Assembly: GCA_044229145.1 (NCBI GenBank)
Contig: JBGATO010000007.1
Coordinates: 41,584-81,625 of the forward strand
Source: Candidatus Eiseniibacteriota bacterium
Lineage (GTDB): Bacteria; Eisenbacteria; RBG-16-71-46; CAZEPH01
Length of the DNA: 40,042 nucleotides
Direction: 5' to 3'
The position numbers and the translations under genes are program-made. The number at the start of each line of letters is the position of its first letter. Position 1 is the first letter of the stretch. The notes beneath the pieces were generated by a model. It was not told the DNA's origin. It searched no databases and saw only the letters and a list, made by a program, of their open reading frames with translations. Below, one piece after another: positions 1-9,832 of the stretch.

Positions 1-3000
1 GCCGAGGACTGCCAGCGCACCGCGATGATGTCGGGCGTGTAGTCGTCCAGCCACACGCCGGTGGCGGTGCCGCTGCCGTTGTTCGGCGTGACTTCATCGC
101 CCGCACCGCCCCCCCGGAACTCGGTGTAGGGCACGCCGAATACGTAGTTTCCGCTGATCGGGTCGCCCGGCTGGCCGCCAATGTAGGTGATGGGATCCGG
201 GTCGACCTTCCAGATCGCGTGCAGCGTGTTGTTGAGGAAGCTGGCACGTGCAACGGTGTAGTCCTGGCCGGCGGACGAGAAGTCCCAGGCGATGTCGTGC
301 GAGGTCATCACCACGCGCGCGCCGCCGTCGTGCAGCTGCTGCCAGAGGCTGCGCTGGTTGTCGGTCATCTGCGGATACTGTTCGAGGCCGGTGTTCCACC
401 AGACGACCGGATAGCTGCGCAGCCCGCTCGACGCATCGCCGAGCGCCGGGTCCCCCGAGACGTCCGCGTACGTGTAATCGTACGTCCAGCCGCTGCGGGC
501 GAAGGCCGCGTCGTAGCGCGCCAGGTTGTCGGACGGGAACGACGAGTCTCCGAGAACGAGGAAGACATCCGCCGGCACGGCGCTGGTGGTGAAGGTGTAG
601 TGGCGTCCGCCGTTGTCATCGCGCGTCAGATTGCCCGAGCCATCGGTCGAGAGGACATCGAAGTAATAGAGTGTGGCGGGAGCGAGACCGAGCAGCGCCA
701 CCGAGTGCGTGGTGATGAGGTCGCCCTCCGTGCTGCTGCTGCTCCCGAGCGCGGTGGTGGTGCCGTACTCGATCGACCCGCGCGCCCCTTGCGAGGTGCT
801 CCAGGTGAAGACCGCGCTGGTGCGCTGCGGCGTCGCGCGCACCTGCGTGGTCACCGCCGGCGTCGCGTCGACGAGCGCCGTGGCGGTCCGCGTGGCGGCC
901 GGGGAGGCATCGTTGTACACCGCGGTGATGGCGTCGCCACCCGCAGCGCAGAAGACACCGTCGAGCGGCGCAAGTGAGGCGCCGAGTCCTGTCACCGTCA
1001 TACTCCCGGTGAACACGCCACCGCCCACCGCGGACAGCGTCACGTTCTCCTGATCGCCGCTGCTGCTGGTGAGCGACACCACCGGGGACGTGAGCCCGGG
1101 CGTCGCATCTTCGAGCCGAATGGCGATCGAGGTGCCGAACCGGTACGTCGGCCGGTCGAGGCTCACGGTCGCCGTGCCGCGGTCGAGATCGCCGGTGACC
1201 ACCAGCGCAAACGGCTGCGGGCCGAACGGCACGTTGCCGGCGCCGATGTGAATCGTGTACGCGCCGGCCGTCGGCGCGTTGAGCCGGACGCACTCCTCGA
1301 CGTTGAGATGGTCCGCGCTACCACCCGTCACCGATTGTCCGCCCGCGGTCACGTTGCCGCGGTAGGTGCCGGACGGCCCGGTGACCGTGAGGTCGAGGTC
1401 GTTGACCAATGTGGTCGCGGCGCCCGGGGTGCTCGGGTAGTCCGACCACACCAGCGTCACCTTGAGCGGGATCGTCGAGCCACCGACGGTGACCGTGTAG
1501 TCGAGCCCTTGCCCCGTCTCGAGTCCGTTCGTGTACTCGAGCAACGCGAGGTCTCGCGTGTCCCCGGCGAACGCGAGCACCGAATCGAGGTCGATGCGCC
1601 CCCACCCAAAGTTGTTGTCGGGCCACGTCGCGCCAGGATCCGCCGAGTTCACGAGCATCGCCTTGAGCAGTGCCGCGCTCGGGTTGGCAATCGCATCCGC
1701 CGCCGTCTTACTGCCGGACGGATACCATCCCTCGGTGAGGTACTGACGCACCAACGCCGACGAGCCCGCGGTGATCGGCGTCGCCATCGAAGTGCCGGTC
1801 AAGGTGTGATAGGTGCTGGTATTGGCCGTCGACCCAGAGGCGGACCAGATACTGGTGCCCGGCGCCACGATCGTCGGTTTCACACGGCCGTCGTCGGTGG
1901 GACCGCGACTCGAGTAGGAGCCGATGGTGCTGCCGTCGGTGTTGTCGGTGGCGCCCACCGTGATGCAGTTCTTGCAGGTACCCGGCGGCTCCACGGTGTT
2001 CGTCGCGGAACCGTCGTTCCCAGCCGACTGCACGACCAAGAAATCCTTGTGCGCCCACACGAACTGGTCGACCTGCATCGCCTCGGCGTCGTAGTTACCG
2101 TTCATCGCTTCGGAGATCGGCTGCCCCCACGACTCGGACGTCCCGTAGGCGTGTCCCGCCGAGTTACCGGTGTATGGCAGAATGAACAGATCGTTGAGGT
2201 CGACGGGGATGCCGGCCAACGAGGCGGTGGAGCCGGTGCCGACGTCCATGATGTAGAGCTTCTGCTTGAGCGCCATGCCGTCGTAACCGCTGATGCCGCC
2301 GACATACGAGTCGTCGCCACCCAGAGAGCCGGCGGTGTGCGTGCCGTGCCAGGTCCCAAGGCTGGAGTTCTCATCCCCGAACGTCGCGCCGGGCAGCACG
2401 TTGTAGGCAATGAGCTTCCGGTGCGTCGGGTAGTCGGTCTTCGACGCGGTGATGGTGACGGCCGGATCGCGGAACATGTCGTGGTTGGTGTTCACGCCGG
2501 TGTCGCTGATGCTCATGATCTGGTTCTCGCCGTGCAGGCCGTGATCCCAGACGGCGCGGTTGTTCGACACATGCGTCTGGGTGATCCACTGCGCGGTGGA
2601 GTTGTGGAGCACGTTGGGTGCGTACGGCTCGATCCACGACACCTCACGCAGCTGCGCGAGTTCCTGCACCTGCGCCGCGGTGGCGCGCACGATCGCGAGC
2701 TTGTTGATGCCGTTGTCCGAACTTCGCGCCACCGACGCGCCGCTCGCCAGCACGCGCGCCAGCGACGCCGGCATGTCCTCGTGCGGGAAGAACAACACGC
2801 GCCACTGGAGTGCGGCCCCCGACAATCCCTCCGCCGTGGCAAGCCGCGCGTTGGTCGAGGCGGAAATCTTGTATGCCGGCTGGAACGGCCCGCTCCACCG
2901 CACGTCACCGAGCGCGCGGATGCGCGCCAGCGCGGCATCGTCCGCGCGCAGCACGAACGCGTAGTGCGGCACGTATGCGACGATCTCGCCGCCGGCGCGC

Positions 3001-3392
3001 TCGAGCGCCTGCCGCGCGCCCGCCGTCACCGGGCCGCGCAGTTGCACGAGGTGATAGCGCGGCCCGGCCTCTGCCGGTACGGCGGTCGTGGCGACCGACG
3101 GCAGCGGCTTGGAGGTGTCGAAGGCGATGCCGTTCGAGAGCCGGATCCAGGATGCGTCCGGCACGCGCACGATCTCGTCCTCCATCAGCGCGCCGCCGGA
3201 GATCGGCGACACGTGCGAGGGCGCCACCGGCGTGACCTCGCGCCCCGCCGCCGGAGCGGCAGTCCGCGAACGAGCCCAAGCGGCATCGGGTGCCAACGCG
3301 ACGAGCCAGAGGGTGACTGCGAACAGCGGACGCACACACGCGGCGGTCACGCGCGCACTGCGCGCCGGACCAGCCTTGCCGCGAACGGGCAT
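1..3392 (-). CDS. Secreted S8 (subtilisin, KP-43-like) serine peptidase, multidomain; 3' end beyond window
   Basis: Not in the ORF track because there is no stop in the window; translated by hand in segments. ATG at 3392 has GAGGAG 6 nt upstream. Signal-peptide-like LFAVTLWLVALAPDAAWA. Triad motifs ISDTG, WHGTHTAG and TGTSMATP (Ser codon 1788-1790); oxyanion SAGND. The same frame at positions 3-59 reads GVWLDDYTPDIIAVRWQSS, matching the paralog at 4358-8842. Confidence 0.92.
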   Translation of the reverse strand, partial: MPVRGKAGPARSARVTAACVRPLFAVTLWLVALAPDAAWARSRTAAPAAGREVTPVAPSHVSPISGGALMEDEIVRVPDASWIRLSNGIAFDTSKPLPSVATTAVPAEAGPRYHLVQLRGPVTAGARQALERAGGEIVAYVPHYAFVLRADDAALARIRALGDVRWSGPFQPAYKISASTNARLATAEGLSGAALQWRVLFFPHEDMPASLARVLASGASVARSSDNGINKLAIVRATAAQVQELAQLREVSWIEPYAPNVLHNSTAQWITQTHVSNNRAVWDHGLHGENQIMSISDTGVNTNHDMFRDPAVTITASKTDYPTHRKLIAYNVLPGATFGDENSSLGTWHGTHTAGSLGGDDSYVGGISGYDGMALKQKLYIMDVGTGSTASLAGIPVDLNDLFILPYTGNSAGHAYGTSESWGQPISEAMNGNYDAEAMQVDQFVWAHKDFLVVQSAGNDGSATNTVEPPGTCKNCITVGATDNTDGSTIGSYSSRGPTDDGRVKPTIVAPGTSIWSASGSTANTSTYHTLTGTSMATPITAGSSALVRQYLTEGWYPSGSKTAADAIANPSAALLKAMLVNSADPGATWPDNNFGWGRIDLDSVLAFAGDTRDLALLEYTNGLETGQGLDYTVTVGGSTIPLKVTLVWSDYPSTPGAATTLVNDLDLTVTGPSGTYRGNVTAGGQSVTGGSADHLNVEECVRLNAPTAGAYTIHIGAGNVPFGPQPFALVVTGDLDRGTATVSLDRPTYRFGTSIAIRLEDATPGLTSPVVSLTSSSGDQENVTLSAVGGGVFTGSMTVTGLGASLAPLDGVFCAAGGDAITAVYNDASPAATRTATALVDATPAVTTQVRATPQRTSAVFTWSTSQGARGSIEYGTTTALGSSSSTEGDLITTHSVALLGLAPATLYYFDVLSTDGSGNLTRDDNGGRHYTFTTSAVPADVFLVLGDSSFPSDNLARYDAAFARSGWTYDYTYADVSGDPALGDASSGLRSYPVVWWNTGLEQYPQMTDNQRSLWQQLHDGGARVVMTSHDIAWDFSSAGQDYTVARASFLNNTLHAIWKVDPDPITYIGGQPGDPISGNYVFGVPYTEFRGGGAGDEVTPNNGSGTATGVWLDDYTPDIIAVRWQSS

Positions 3393-3494
3393 GAAGATCT
3401 CCTCGATGAAAGGCACCCCGGCGTCGGGACGCGCCGGAACTCCTGACCACAGTGTCGTGCAGGCGAGACGCCGCGCCGCGCGCGGCGGGAACCG

Positions 3495-3516
3495 GCCCGA
3501 ACGGGGGCGTTCGGGC
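3495..3516 (-). promoter_or_regulatory. 9-bp stem/4-nt loop hairpin in the putative 5' UTR of the first S8 gene
   Basis: GCCCGAACG-gggg-CGTTCGGGC perfect inverted repeat just downstream of the candidate promoter. No U-tract. Confidence 0.4.
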
Positions 3517-3523
3517 GGATTGC

Positions 3524-3552
3524 ATTCTGGACGGTCGGCGGAAGGGTGTCTA
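3524..3552 (-). promoter_or_regulatory. Candidate sigma70 promoter for the first S8 gene
   Basis: Minus strand TAGACA-N17-CAGAAT (5/6 and 4/6 match to TTGACA/TATAAT), ~130 nt upstream of ATG 3392. Confidence 0.45.
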
Positions 3553-3614
3553 GCCGCCCGTCCCGTGATACACGCGCAAGCCGGAGACCAGTTCCATCAC
3601 GAAGACGGCAAAGT

Positions 3615-4151
3615 TCAGAAGCGGTAGGCCACCAGCATCGATACGGTGGTCGGCACACCGGAGGTCTTCACCTCGTCCACCTGGGGCCGGCCGCCTCGCA
3701 CGGCGTGCGCCCCGGCGTTCACACCCCAATGCCGCGCCACGTGGAACTCGGCGCCTGCTCCGTAGGTCCAGGCATCGGCATCCCGCGCCGCGCCCTCGAG
3801 TCGCGCATCGTGCACGCGGCCCGCGCCCACATCGACGTACGGCACCAACCCGAAGACCGCGAGCGGGTGGAACGCCACGAACGCGCCCGCGTACCGGCGA
3901 TGCATGCCACCGCCGCCCTCGTCGAGCAACGAGCTCATCTCGAGCCCACCCGACAGCGGTCCGATGCCCAGGCGCGCCAAGCCGCGCCACCCAGTGGTCG
4001 TGGAGTAGTCGGTGCGGTCTCCGCTCACCGTGCCGGTGCGGCTGAACGCACTCACGCCGCCTTCCACTTCGATTCCACTCAACTGTGCGCGGGCCGGCAC
4101 CGCTGCCGCCAACATACCCGCCATCGCCCAGGTCAGGATCGCTCGCGTCAT
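3615..4151 (-). CDS. Outer-membrane beta-barrel protein (small 8-stranded OmpA-TM/PorT-like)
   Basis: 178 aa. Signal peptide ending ARA-Q, alternating amphipathic strands, LVPYVDVGAG and YGAGAEF motifs, C-terminal YRF beta-signal. Confidence 0.75.
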   Translation of the reverse strand: MTRAILTWAMAGMLAAAVPARAQLSGIEVEGGVSAFSRTGTVSGDRTDYSTTTGWRGLARLGIGPLSGGLEMSSLLDEGGGGMHRRYAGAFVAFHPLAVFGLVPYVDVGAGRVHDARLEGAARDADAWTYGAGAEFHVARHWGVNAGAHAVRGGRPQVDEVKTSGVPTTVSMLVAYRF

Positions 4152-4357
4152 CGCAGGTTCTCCCTGCGCGCCGTCCGGGCGCGCGCCGGTGATGCCTCGG
4201 GGGACATCGATCGTCTCACACGACGAAGTGCGGAGTCAGCCCGGCGCGCCGATGTTCCCACGGCCGAGCCGTCCGCAAATGCATCGCCCCCGGGATCCGA
4301 AGACCCCGAGGGCGACGCCGGGACAGCAAATCGTGCGCGACCGCGCGAGGCGCGGCG

Positions 4358-7300
4358 CTAGTTCATCTTCATGAGCTTCTTGGTGGCCGAGTTACCCGGC
4401 GCGTCGAGACGGTAGAAGTACACACCGCCCGGCACCCGGCGGCCGTGGTCGTCGCGGCCGTCCCACTTCGCGGCGTGCGGACCCGCCGGCAGGCTCGCCG
4501 AGTACAGCGTGCGCACCAGCTTGCCGTTCACGTCGAACACGCGCAGTTGCGCCACGCCGGCCTCCGCCAAGCTGAAACGGATGGTGGTGAGCGGCGCGAA
4601 CGGGTTCGGCATGTTCTGCGCGAGGTCGAAGCGCGCCGGACCGCCGAGCGGGTCGCCGATGCCCACGATCCCTGCGCGCACCACGAACGGCGTGGCGAGA
4701 GCCGGACCCCAGTTGCCGGCGCTGTCCTGGCCACGCACCCACAGCTGGCAGGTGGCGCAGGCGAGGCTGGAGGTCGGCACACTGCCGGTCAGCGCGAGAC
4801 TCGACGCGGTGTTGAACGCGCCGCTGAGCGCGGTTCCCGAACCGGCCGCCGCCGGCGAAGCACCAATCGAATACTCGGCCGCCGCGATGAGCGAGCCGCC
4901 CGAGGTCGTGTCGGTGAGCGACGCGGTGATCGACACCGGCGCCGGTTGGGTCACCGGGTTCGGCGTGAACGTCACGCTCCCTGCCACCACGATCGGCCCA
5001 GCGAAGTCCCCACCCGGGCGCGCCAAGATGAAGTCCCCTGTGGTCGCGCTGTTGTGCAGCGCCGGCGAACCACTGTCGGTGACGATGACCCGCACGCGCG
5101 TGTGCGGCGAGTTCAACACGCCGGTCACGTCCCACGCATACGGCGAGGTCAGCGATCCCGACGCGATCGCGGTCCACGTCTGGCCGAGGTCCTGGCTGTA
5201 CTGCAGGGTGGTCGAGGCGATGGTGTTCCCGCCATCCGCCGTCGCGGTCCACGCGATGGTGACCGGCGAGGTCGTGTAGGTGGTCGCGCCCACCGGCGAC
5301 GAAATCACCGTCGTCGGGTGGTTGCGGCCGAGCAGCCACTGCAGCGTCTTGTCGACCACGTCAGATCGCACCTGATCATCGACCGTGGCGTAGTTCATCT
5401 CCATCGGCTCGAAGAACATCGCCGCGACCTTGGTCTGCGTGCCACCCCACACGGCGGAGTCCGCGGACCCCATTGCCAGGGTCGACGTCCAGCGCACCGC
5501 GACAGTGTCCGGCGTCAGGTCGTCGGTCCAGGCGCCCGCCGCGGTGCCGTTGGTGCCAGAGCGCGGCGCGACTTCGTCACCGGCGGCGCCGGTACGGCTC
5601 TGCGTGTAGCTGATGCCGCCGACGTAGCTGCCGCTGATCGGGTCGCCGGGAATCCCGCCGATGAAGGTGATCGGGTCCGGGTCCTTCTTCCAGGTCTGGT
5701 GCAGGTAGTCGTTCGACCACGCGAGGCGGGCCGCGGTGTAGTCCTGGCCGGAGAGCTGGAAGTCCCACGAGACGTCGTGCGACGCGAAGGCGAGCCGCGC
5801 GCCACCGTCGTGCACGCGCTGCCAGATGGTGCGCTGGTTGTCGCTCACCTGCGGGTACTGCTCGAGACCGGTGTTCCACCACACGACCGGGTAGCTGCGC
5901 AGGCCGCTGGTCTTGTCACCCACCGCCGGATCGCCGTCGACGCTGGCGACGGAGTAGGCGTGGGTCCAGCCGTGGCGGTTGAACGCGTTGATGTAGCGCG
6001 TGATGTGGTCCGACGGATACGTCGAGTTGCCCAGCACCAGGAACACGTCGGCCGGGACGCTGCCGGTGGTGAACGTGTAGTGGCGCCCGCCGTTGTCGTC
6101 GCGCACCGTGTTGCCGCGCGCGTCCACCGACTCGACGTCGTAGAAGTAGAGGGTGTTGGCGGTCAGACCCGACAGGCCGATCGCGTGCGCCGTCGAGCGG
6201 TCGTTCACGGTCGCCGACGTGCTGCCGAGCGCGGTCGTCGTGCCGTAGTAGACCTTGCCGCTGCCGCCGTCGGTGGTCGTCCAGTTGATGGTCGCCGCCG
6301 TCAGCGTGATGCTGCTGGCGCCGACCGCAGCGATCGAGAACGACGTCGCGTCGATGAGCGCCGAGGTCGAGAGCGTTGCCACCGGCGCGGCATCGGCGTA
6401 GCGCGCGGTGATGACGTCACCGTTGGTCACCGACAACGAGCCGTCGTAGGACGTGATGACGCCGAACAGCAGCGGCATGGTGCCGGTGAACACGCCGCCG
6501 GCCACCGCCGTGAGCGTCACCGATTCGCTGTCGCCGGTGGTGCTGGTGAACGTGACGACCGGCGAGACGAGGCCCGGCGTCGCGTCCTCGAGACGGATGC
6601 GCACCAGTTCGCTCGGACCGTACGCCGGCTTGTCGAGCGTCAGGAAGCCGGTCTGGCGGTCGAGGTCACCGGTGGCGACGAGCGCGAACGGCTGCGGACC
6701 GTACGGCACGTTCTGCGCGCTGACGCGCAGCGTGTAGGTGCCCGGCGTCGGCGCGGTGAGGCGCACGACTTCTTCGACGTTGAGGACGTCCGCGGTGCCG
6801 CCGGTGATCGACACGCCGCCGCTCGACACGTTGCCGAGGTAGGTGCCGCCCGGGGCGATCACCGATAGGTTCAAGTCGTTGACGATCGCGGTGGCCGCGG
6901 TCGGCGAGCCCGGGTAGTCCGTCCACGTCAGGGCAACCTTCAGCGTGATGCTCGAGCTGAGGACGTTGATCGTGTAGTCGATGTAGTCGCCGGTCACCAT
7001 GCCCTGCGTGTTCTCGACGAGCGCGAGGTCACGCGAGTCGGCGGCGAACATCAGCAACGAGTCGAGGTCGACGCGGCCCATCCCCCACGCGTTGTCGAGC
7101 ATCGCGCCGCCCGAGGCCGGGTGGTCGGCGCCGCTGATCAGCATCGCCTTGAGCAACGCGGCCGACGGCGTGCCGATCGAGTCGGCCGCGATCTTGGTGC
7201 CGCTCGGGTACCAGCCCTCGGTGAGGTACTGGCGCACCAGCGCGGCGTCGCCGGCGAGGATCGGACAGGCCATCGAGGTACCGGAGAGCAGGTGGTAGCC

Positions 7301-8842
7301 GGTGTTGCTGCCGCCGCTGGCGGAGTTGACGCTGTTGCCGGGCGTCACCAGGGTCGGCTTGACGCGGCCGTCGTCGCACGGGCCGCGGCTCGAGAAGGAG
7401 GCGATCGAGTTGCCGTTGGTGTCGTCGGTGGCGCCCACCGAGATGCAATTCTTCGCGGTCGCCGGCGGTTCGACGGTGCCCAGGCCGGACCCGTCGTTGC
7501 CGTTCGAGAAGCAGAGCAGGAAGTCCTTGTGGGCCCACATGAACTGGTCGACCTGCTGCGCCTCGACGTCGTAGACGCCCTGCAGACCGGCGGACGCCTG
7601 CACGCCCCACGAGTTCGACATGATCGAGGCGTGGCCGGCGGTGTTGCCGGTGTACGGGTACTTGAAGAGGTCGTTGAAGTCGGCCGGAATACCCGAGAGC
7701 GAACCGGCATTCCCGGTGCCGATGTCGCAGAAGTAGATCTTGGCCTTGAGCGCCATGCCGTCGTTGGTGCTGGCGCCACTGACGTACGAGTCGTCGCCGG
7801 CGATCGAGCAGCCGGTGTGCGTGCCGTGGTAGGTGGCCAGCTGGCTGTTCTCGTCGCCGAACGTCGCGCCCGGCATGGTGCGGTACGCGATCAGTTTGCG
7901 GTGGTTCGGGTAGTCGGTGGTGCCGCTCGACACCGGGTTCGCCGGGTCGTTGAACTGCTGGTGCGTCGGGCGGATGCCGGTGTCCGAGGTCGACACGATC
8001 TGGCCTTCGCCGCGAATGCCGGCGTTCCAGATCGCGCGGTTGTTCGAGACGTGCGTCTGGGTGATCCACTGCGCGACGGCGTTCTGGATGACCGGCATCG
8101 CGTACGGCTGGATCCACGCCACCTCGCGCAACCGCGCGAGGTCGCGCAGCTTGGCGCCGTCGAGCGTGATCTGCGCGAGCTTGTTGATGCCGTTGTCGCT
8201 CGAGCGGTGGACGATGGCGCCGAGTTCGGTGAGGTGCTGCAGGGCGAGCGGGAAGTCCTCGTCCTGGAAGAACAGCACCATCAGTTCGCGCGAGCCGGCG
8301 GCGTTCGCGTCGAGGCCCTTGCACAGCTTGTACGCGGGCTGGTAGAGGCCGGCGTCACGCACCAGGCCGAGGCCGCGCACGCGGGTCATCGTCGCGTCGT
8401 CGGCGCGCACCAGGTACGCGTAGTTGGGCACGTAGGAGACGATCTTCGCGCCGGCGCCTTCGAGGCGCGCGCGCCACTCGGCGCGGATCGGCCCGGCGAA
8501 TTGCACGAGGTGATAGCTCGGACCGTCGCCGTAGGTCGTGACGGTCAAGCCCGGGTCGACAGTCGCCGGCACCGCGCCGTCGGTCACCCGCAGGCCGTTG
8601 GCGAAGGCGAGCACGCCGGCCTGGCCCGGCGCGGCCGCCGGCTCGAAGCGGCCGGGGGCGCCGTGACTGATCGGGAACCGGTCGCTGCGCACACTGGTGG
8701 GCGCGGCAGGATCGGGCACGCGGGCCCGCGACGACGCATGCGCGGCGGGCGACGACCCGATGAGCGCCAAGCTCACGGTCGCCAGCGCGGCCAGCAATGC
8801 GGCGGACGGTGGGACGCGGAACGCAGAGCCACGAGAACGCAT
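4358..8842 (-). CDS. Secreted S8 (KP-43-like) serine peptidase with FN3/Ig-like domains and C-terminal FlgD/T9SS-like domain, ~1494 aa
   Basis: Start moved to ATG 8842 (GAGGAG upstream, followed by a signal peptide). Triad STSDTG / HGTHTG / SGTSMAC, SNGND, FSSRGP..DGRVKP, LKVALTWTDYPG. C-terminal QNMPNPF...WDGRDDHGRRVPGGVYFYRL. Confidence 0.93.
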   Translation of the reverse strand: MRSRGSAFRVPPSAALLAALATVSLALIGSSPAAHASSRARVPDPAAPTSVRSDRFPISHGAPGRFEPAAAPGQAGVLAFANGLRVTDGAVPATVDPGLTVTTYGDGPSYHLVQFAGPIRAEWRARLEGAGAKIVSYVPNYAYLVRADDATMTRVRGLGLVRDAGLYQPAYKLCKGLDANAAGSRELMVLFFQDEDFPLALQHLTELGAIVHRSSDNGINKLAQITLDGAKLRDLARLREVAWIQPYAMPVIQNAVAQWITQTHVSNNRAIWNAGIRGEGQIVSTSDTGIRPTHQQFNDPANPVSSGTTDYPNHRKLIAYRTMPGATFGDENSQLATYHGTHTGCSIAGDDSYVSGASTNDGMALKAKIYFCDIGTGNAGSLSGIPADFNDLFKYPYTGNTAGHASIMSNSWGVQASAGLQGVYDVEAQQVDQFMWAHKDFLLCFSNGNDGSGLGTVEPPATAKNCISVGATDDTNGNSIASFSSRGPCDDGRVKPTLVTPGNSVNSASGGSNTGYHLLSGTSMACPILAGDAALVRQYLTEGWYPSGTKIAADSIGTPSAALLKAMLISGADHPASGGAMLDNAWGMGRVDLDSLLMFAADSRDLALVENTQGMVTGDYIDYTINVLSSSITLKVALTWTDYPGSPTAATAIVNDLNLSVIAPGGTYLGNVSSGGVSITGGTADVLNVEEVVRLTAPTPGTYTLRVSAQNVPYGPQPFALVATGDLDRQTGFLTLDKPAYGPSELVRIRLEDATPGLVSPVVTFTSTTGDSESVTLTAVAGGVFTGTMPLLFGVITSYDGSLSVTNGDVITARYADAAPVATLSTSALIDATSFSIAAVGASSITLTAATINWTTTDGGSGKVYYGTTTALGSTSATVNDRSTAHAIGLSGLTANTLYFYDVESVDARGNTVRDDNGGRHYTFTTGSVPADVFLVLGNSTYPSDHITRYINAFNRHGWTHAYSVASVDGDPAVGDKTSGLRSYPVVWWNTGLEQYPQVSDNQRTIWQRVHDGGARLAFASHDVSWDFQLSGQDYTAARLAWSNDYLHQTWKKDPDPITFIGGIPGDPISGSYVGGISYTQSRTGAAGDEVAPRSGTNGTAAGAWTDDLTPDTVAVRWTSTLAMGSADSAVWGGTQTKVAAMFFEPMEMNYATVDDQVRSDVVDKTLQWLLGRNHPTTVISSPVGATTYTTSPVTIAWTATADGGNTIASTTLQYSQDLGQTWTAIASGSLTSPYAWDVTGVLNSPHTRVRVIVTDSGSPALHNSATTGDFILARPGGDFAGPIVVAGSVTFTPNPVTQPAPVSITASLTDTTSGGSLIAAAEYSIGASPAAAGSGTALSGAFNTASSLALTGSVPTSSLACATCQLWVRGQDSAGNWGPALATPFVVRAGIVGIGDPLGGPARFDLAQNMPNPFAPLTTIRFSLAEAGVAQLRVFDVNGKLVRTLYSASLPAGPHAAKWDGRDDHGRRVPGGVYFYRLDAPGNSATKKLMKMN

Positions 8843-9093
8843 GGGACGAACTCCTCTCGAGATGCGGTGTCGCAGGGTTCGGCACGCGGGAGGGGCGAGG
8901 CAATGGGGGTGATCGCCTGAGACCCGGATGCACACGGGATGCGGTGGCAGGACGCGAACGCCGGCAAGGCAAGAGGATGGGAGCCGGCGCCAGATCGACA
9001 AGAAGTGTGACATCCCAACGGCCCGCAGGTCAACGCCGCCGCGAGGCTGTTACCTGGAGTTGAGCGGGTCGACCCAGGGTGCAGACTGCACGC

Positions 9094-9798
9094 CTAGGCG
9101 CGGCTGGCGAGCGCTGCCTCCCGCACCGGGGCGAACGACCGGCGGTGCGCCGGGCAGGGCCCGAGGGCCCGCAACGCCGCGAAATGCTGCGGCGTCGGGT
9201 AGCCCTTGTGCTCGGCGAAGCCGTAGCCGGGATGCGTCGCGTCGAGATCGCGCATGATGTCGTCGCGCGCTTCCTTCGCCAGGATCGACGCCGCGCCGAT
9301 CGCCTGCGCGCGGCCATCGCCCTTGATGAGCAATTCGTGCAAGTGCGTCTCGGCGCCCGGCGGCAGCGTGTTGCCGTCGACGAGCGTGATCTCCGGGGCC
9401 GGCGCGAGCGCCGCGATGGCGCGGCTCAGCCCGGCGAGCGAGGCGTGCAGGATGTTGAGCCGGTCGATCTCGTCGACCTCGACGACGACGACGCTGTGGG
9501 CAAGCGCGGCGTCGAGGATGCGCAGACGGGCGTCGGCCCGCTCGGCCGCTGAAAGTCGCTTGGAGTCGTCGATACCGTCGAGGTGCAATCCGGGCGGCAG
9601 CATCACCGCCGCCGCCACCACGGGGCCGGCGAGCGGGCCGCGCCCGGCCTCGTCGGCACCGGCGATGCGCGTAGCCGCTGCGGGCCAGATGGCCAAGTCC
9701 AGCGCCGCGCGTTGGACGGGCGTCCATGGCGCGGCGCTGAGCGGGGACGCCCCGCGCGCGCGGCGAGCGCCGCGCGGGGCGTGAGCAGGTTGTGACAC
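9094..9798 (-). CDS. rnhB: Ribonuclease HII
   Basis: GADEAGRGPLAGPV, DDSKRL, LVDGN, IKGD, AASILAK, HKGYPT motifs. Start uncertain: GTG 9798 after GGGAG chosen, ATG 9813 is the alternative. Confidence 0.95.
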   Translation of the reverse strand: MSQPAHAPRGARRARGASPLSAAPWTPVQRAALDLAIWPAAATRIAGADEAGRGPLAGPVVAAAVMLPPGLHLDGIDDSKRLSAAERADARLRILDAALAHSVVVVEVDEIDRLNILHASLAGLSRAIAALAPAPEITLVDGNTLPPGAETHLHELLIKGDGRAQAIGAASILAKEARDDIMRDLDATHPGYGFAEHKGYPTPQHFAALRALGPCPAHRRSFAPVREAALASRA

Positions 9799-9832
9799 GC
9801 GTGACTCCCGCATCGTCGGCGGGATGCGCGGG

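Noticed and set aside
1248..3446. 732-aa plus-strand ORF, and similar long ORFs at 4445-6868, 7121-8920, 12138-13745, 17918-21631, 26038-27882, 30853-32700 and 34050-35660
   Set aside because: Antisense shadows of well-supported genes. The Arg/Ala/Gly-rich translations have no motifs, which is expected from high-GC codon bias.
4225..4260. GGAAC-type ECF promoter upstream of the beta-barrel gene
   Set aside because: A single instance with no convincing -10 element; insufficient support.
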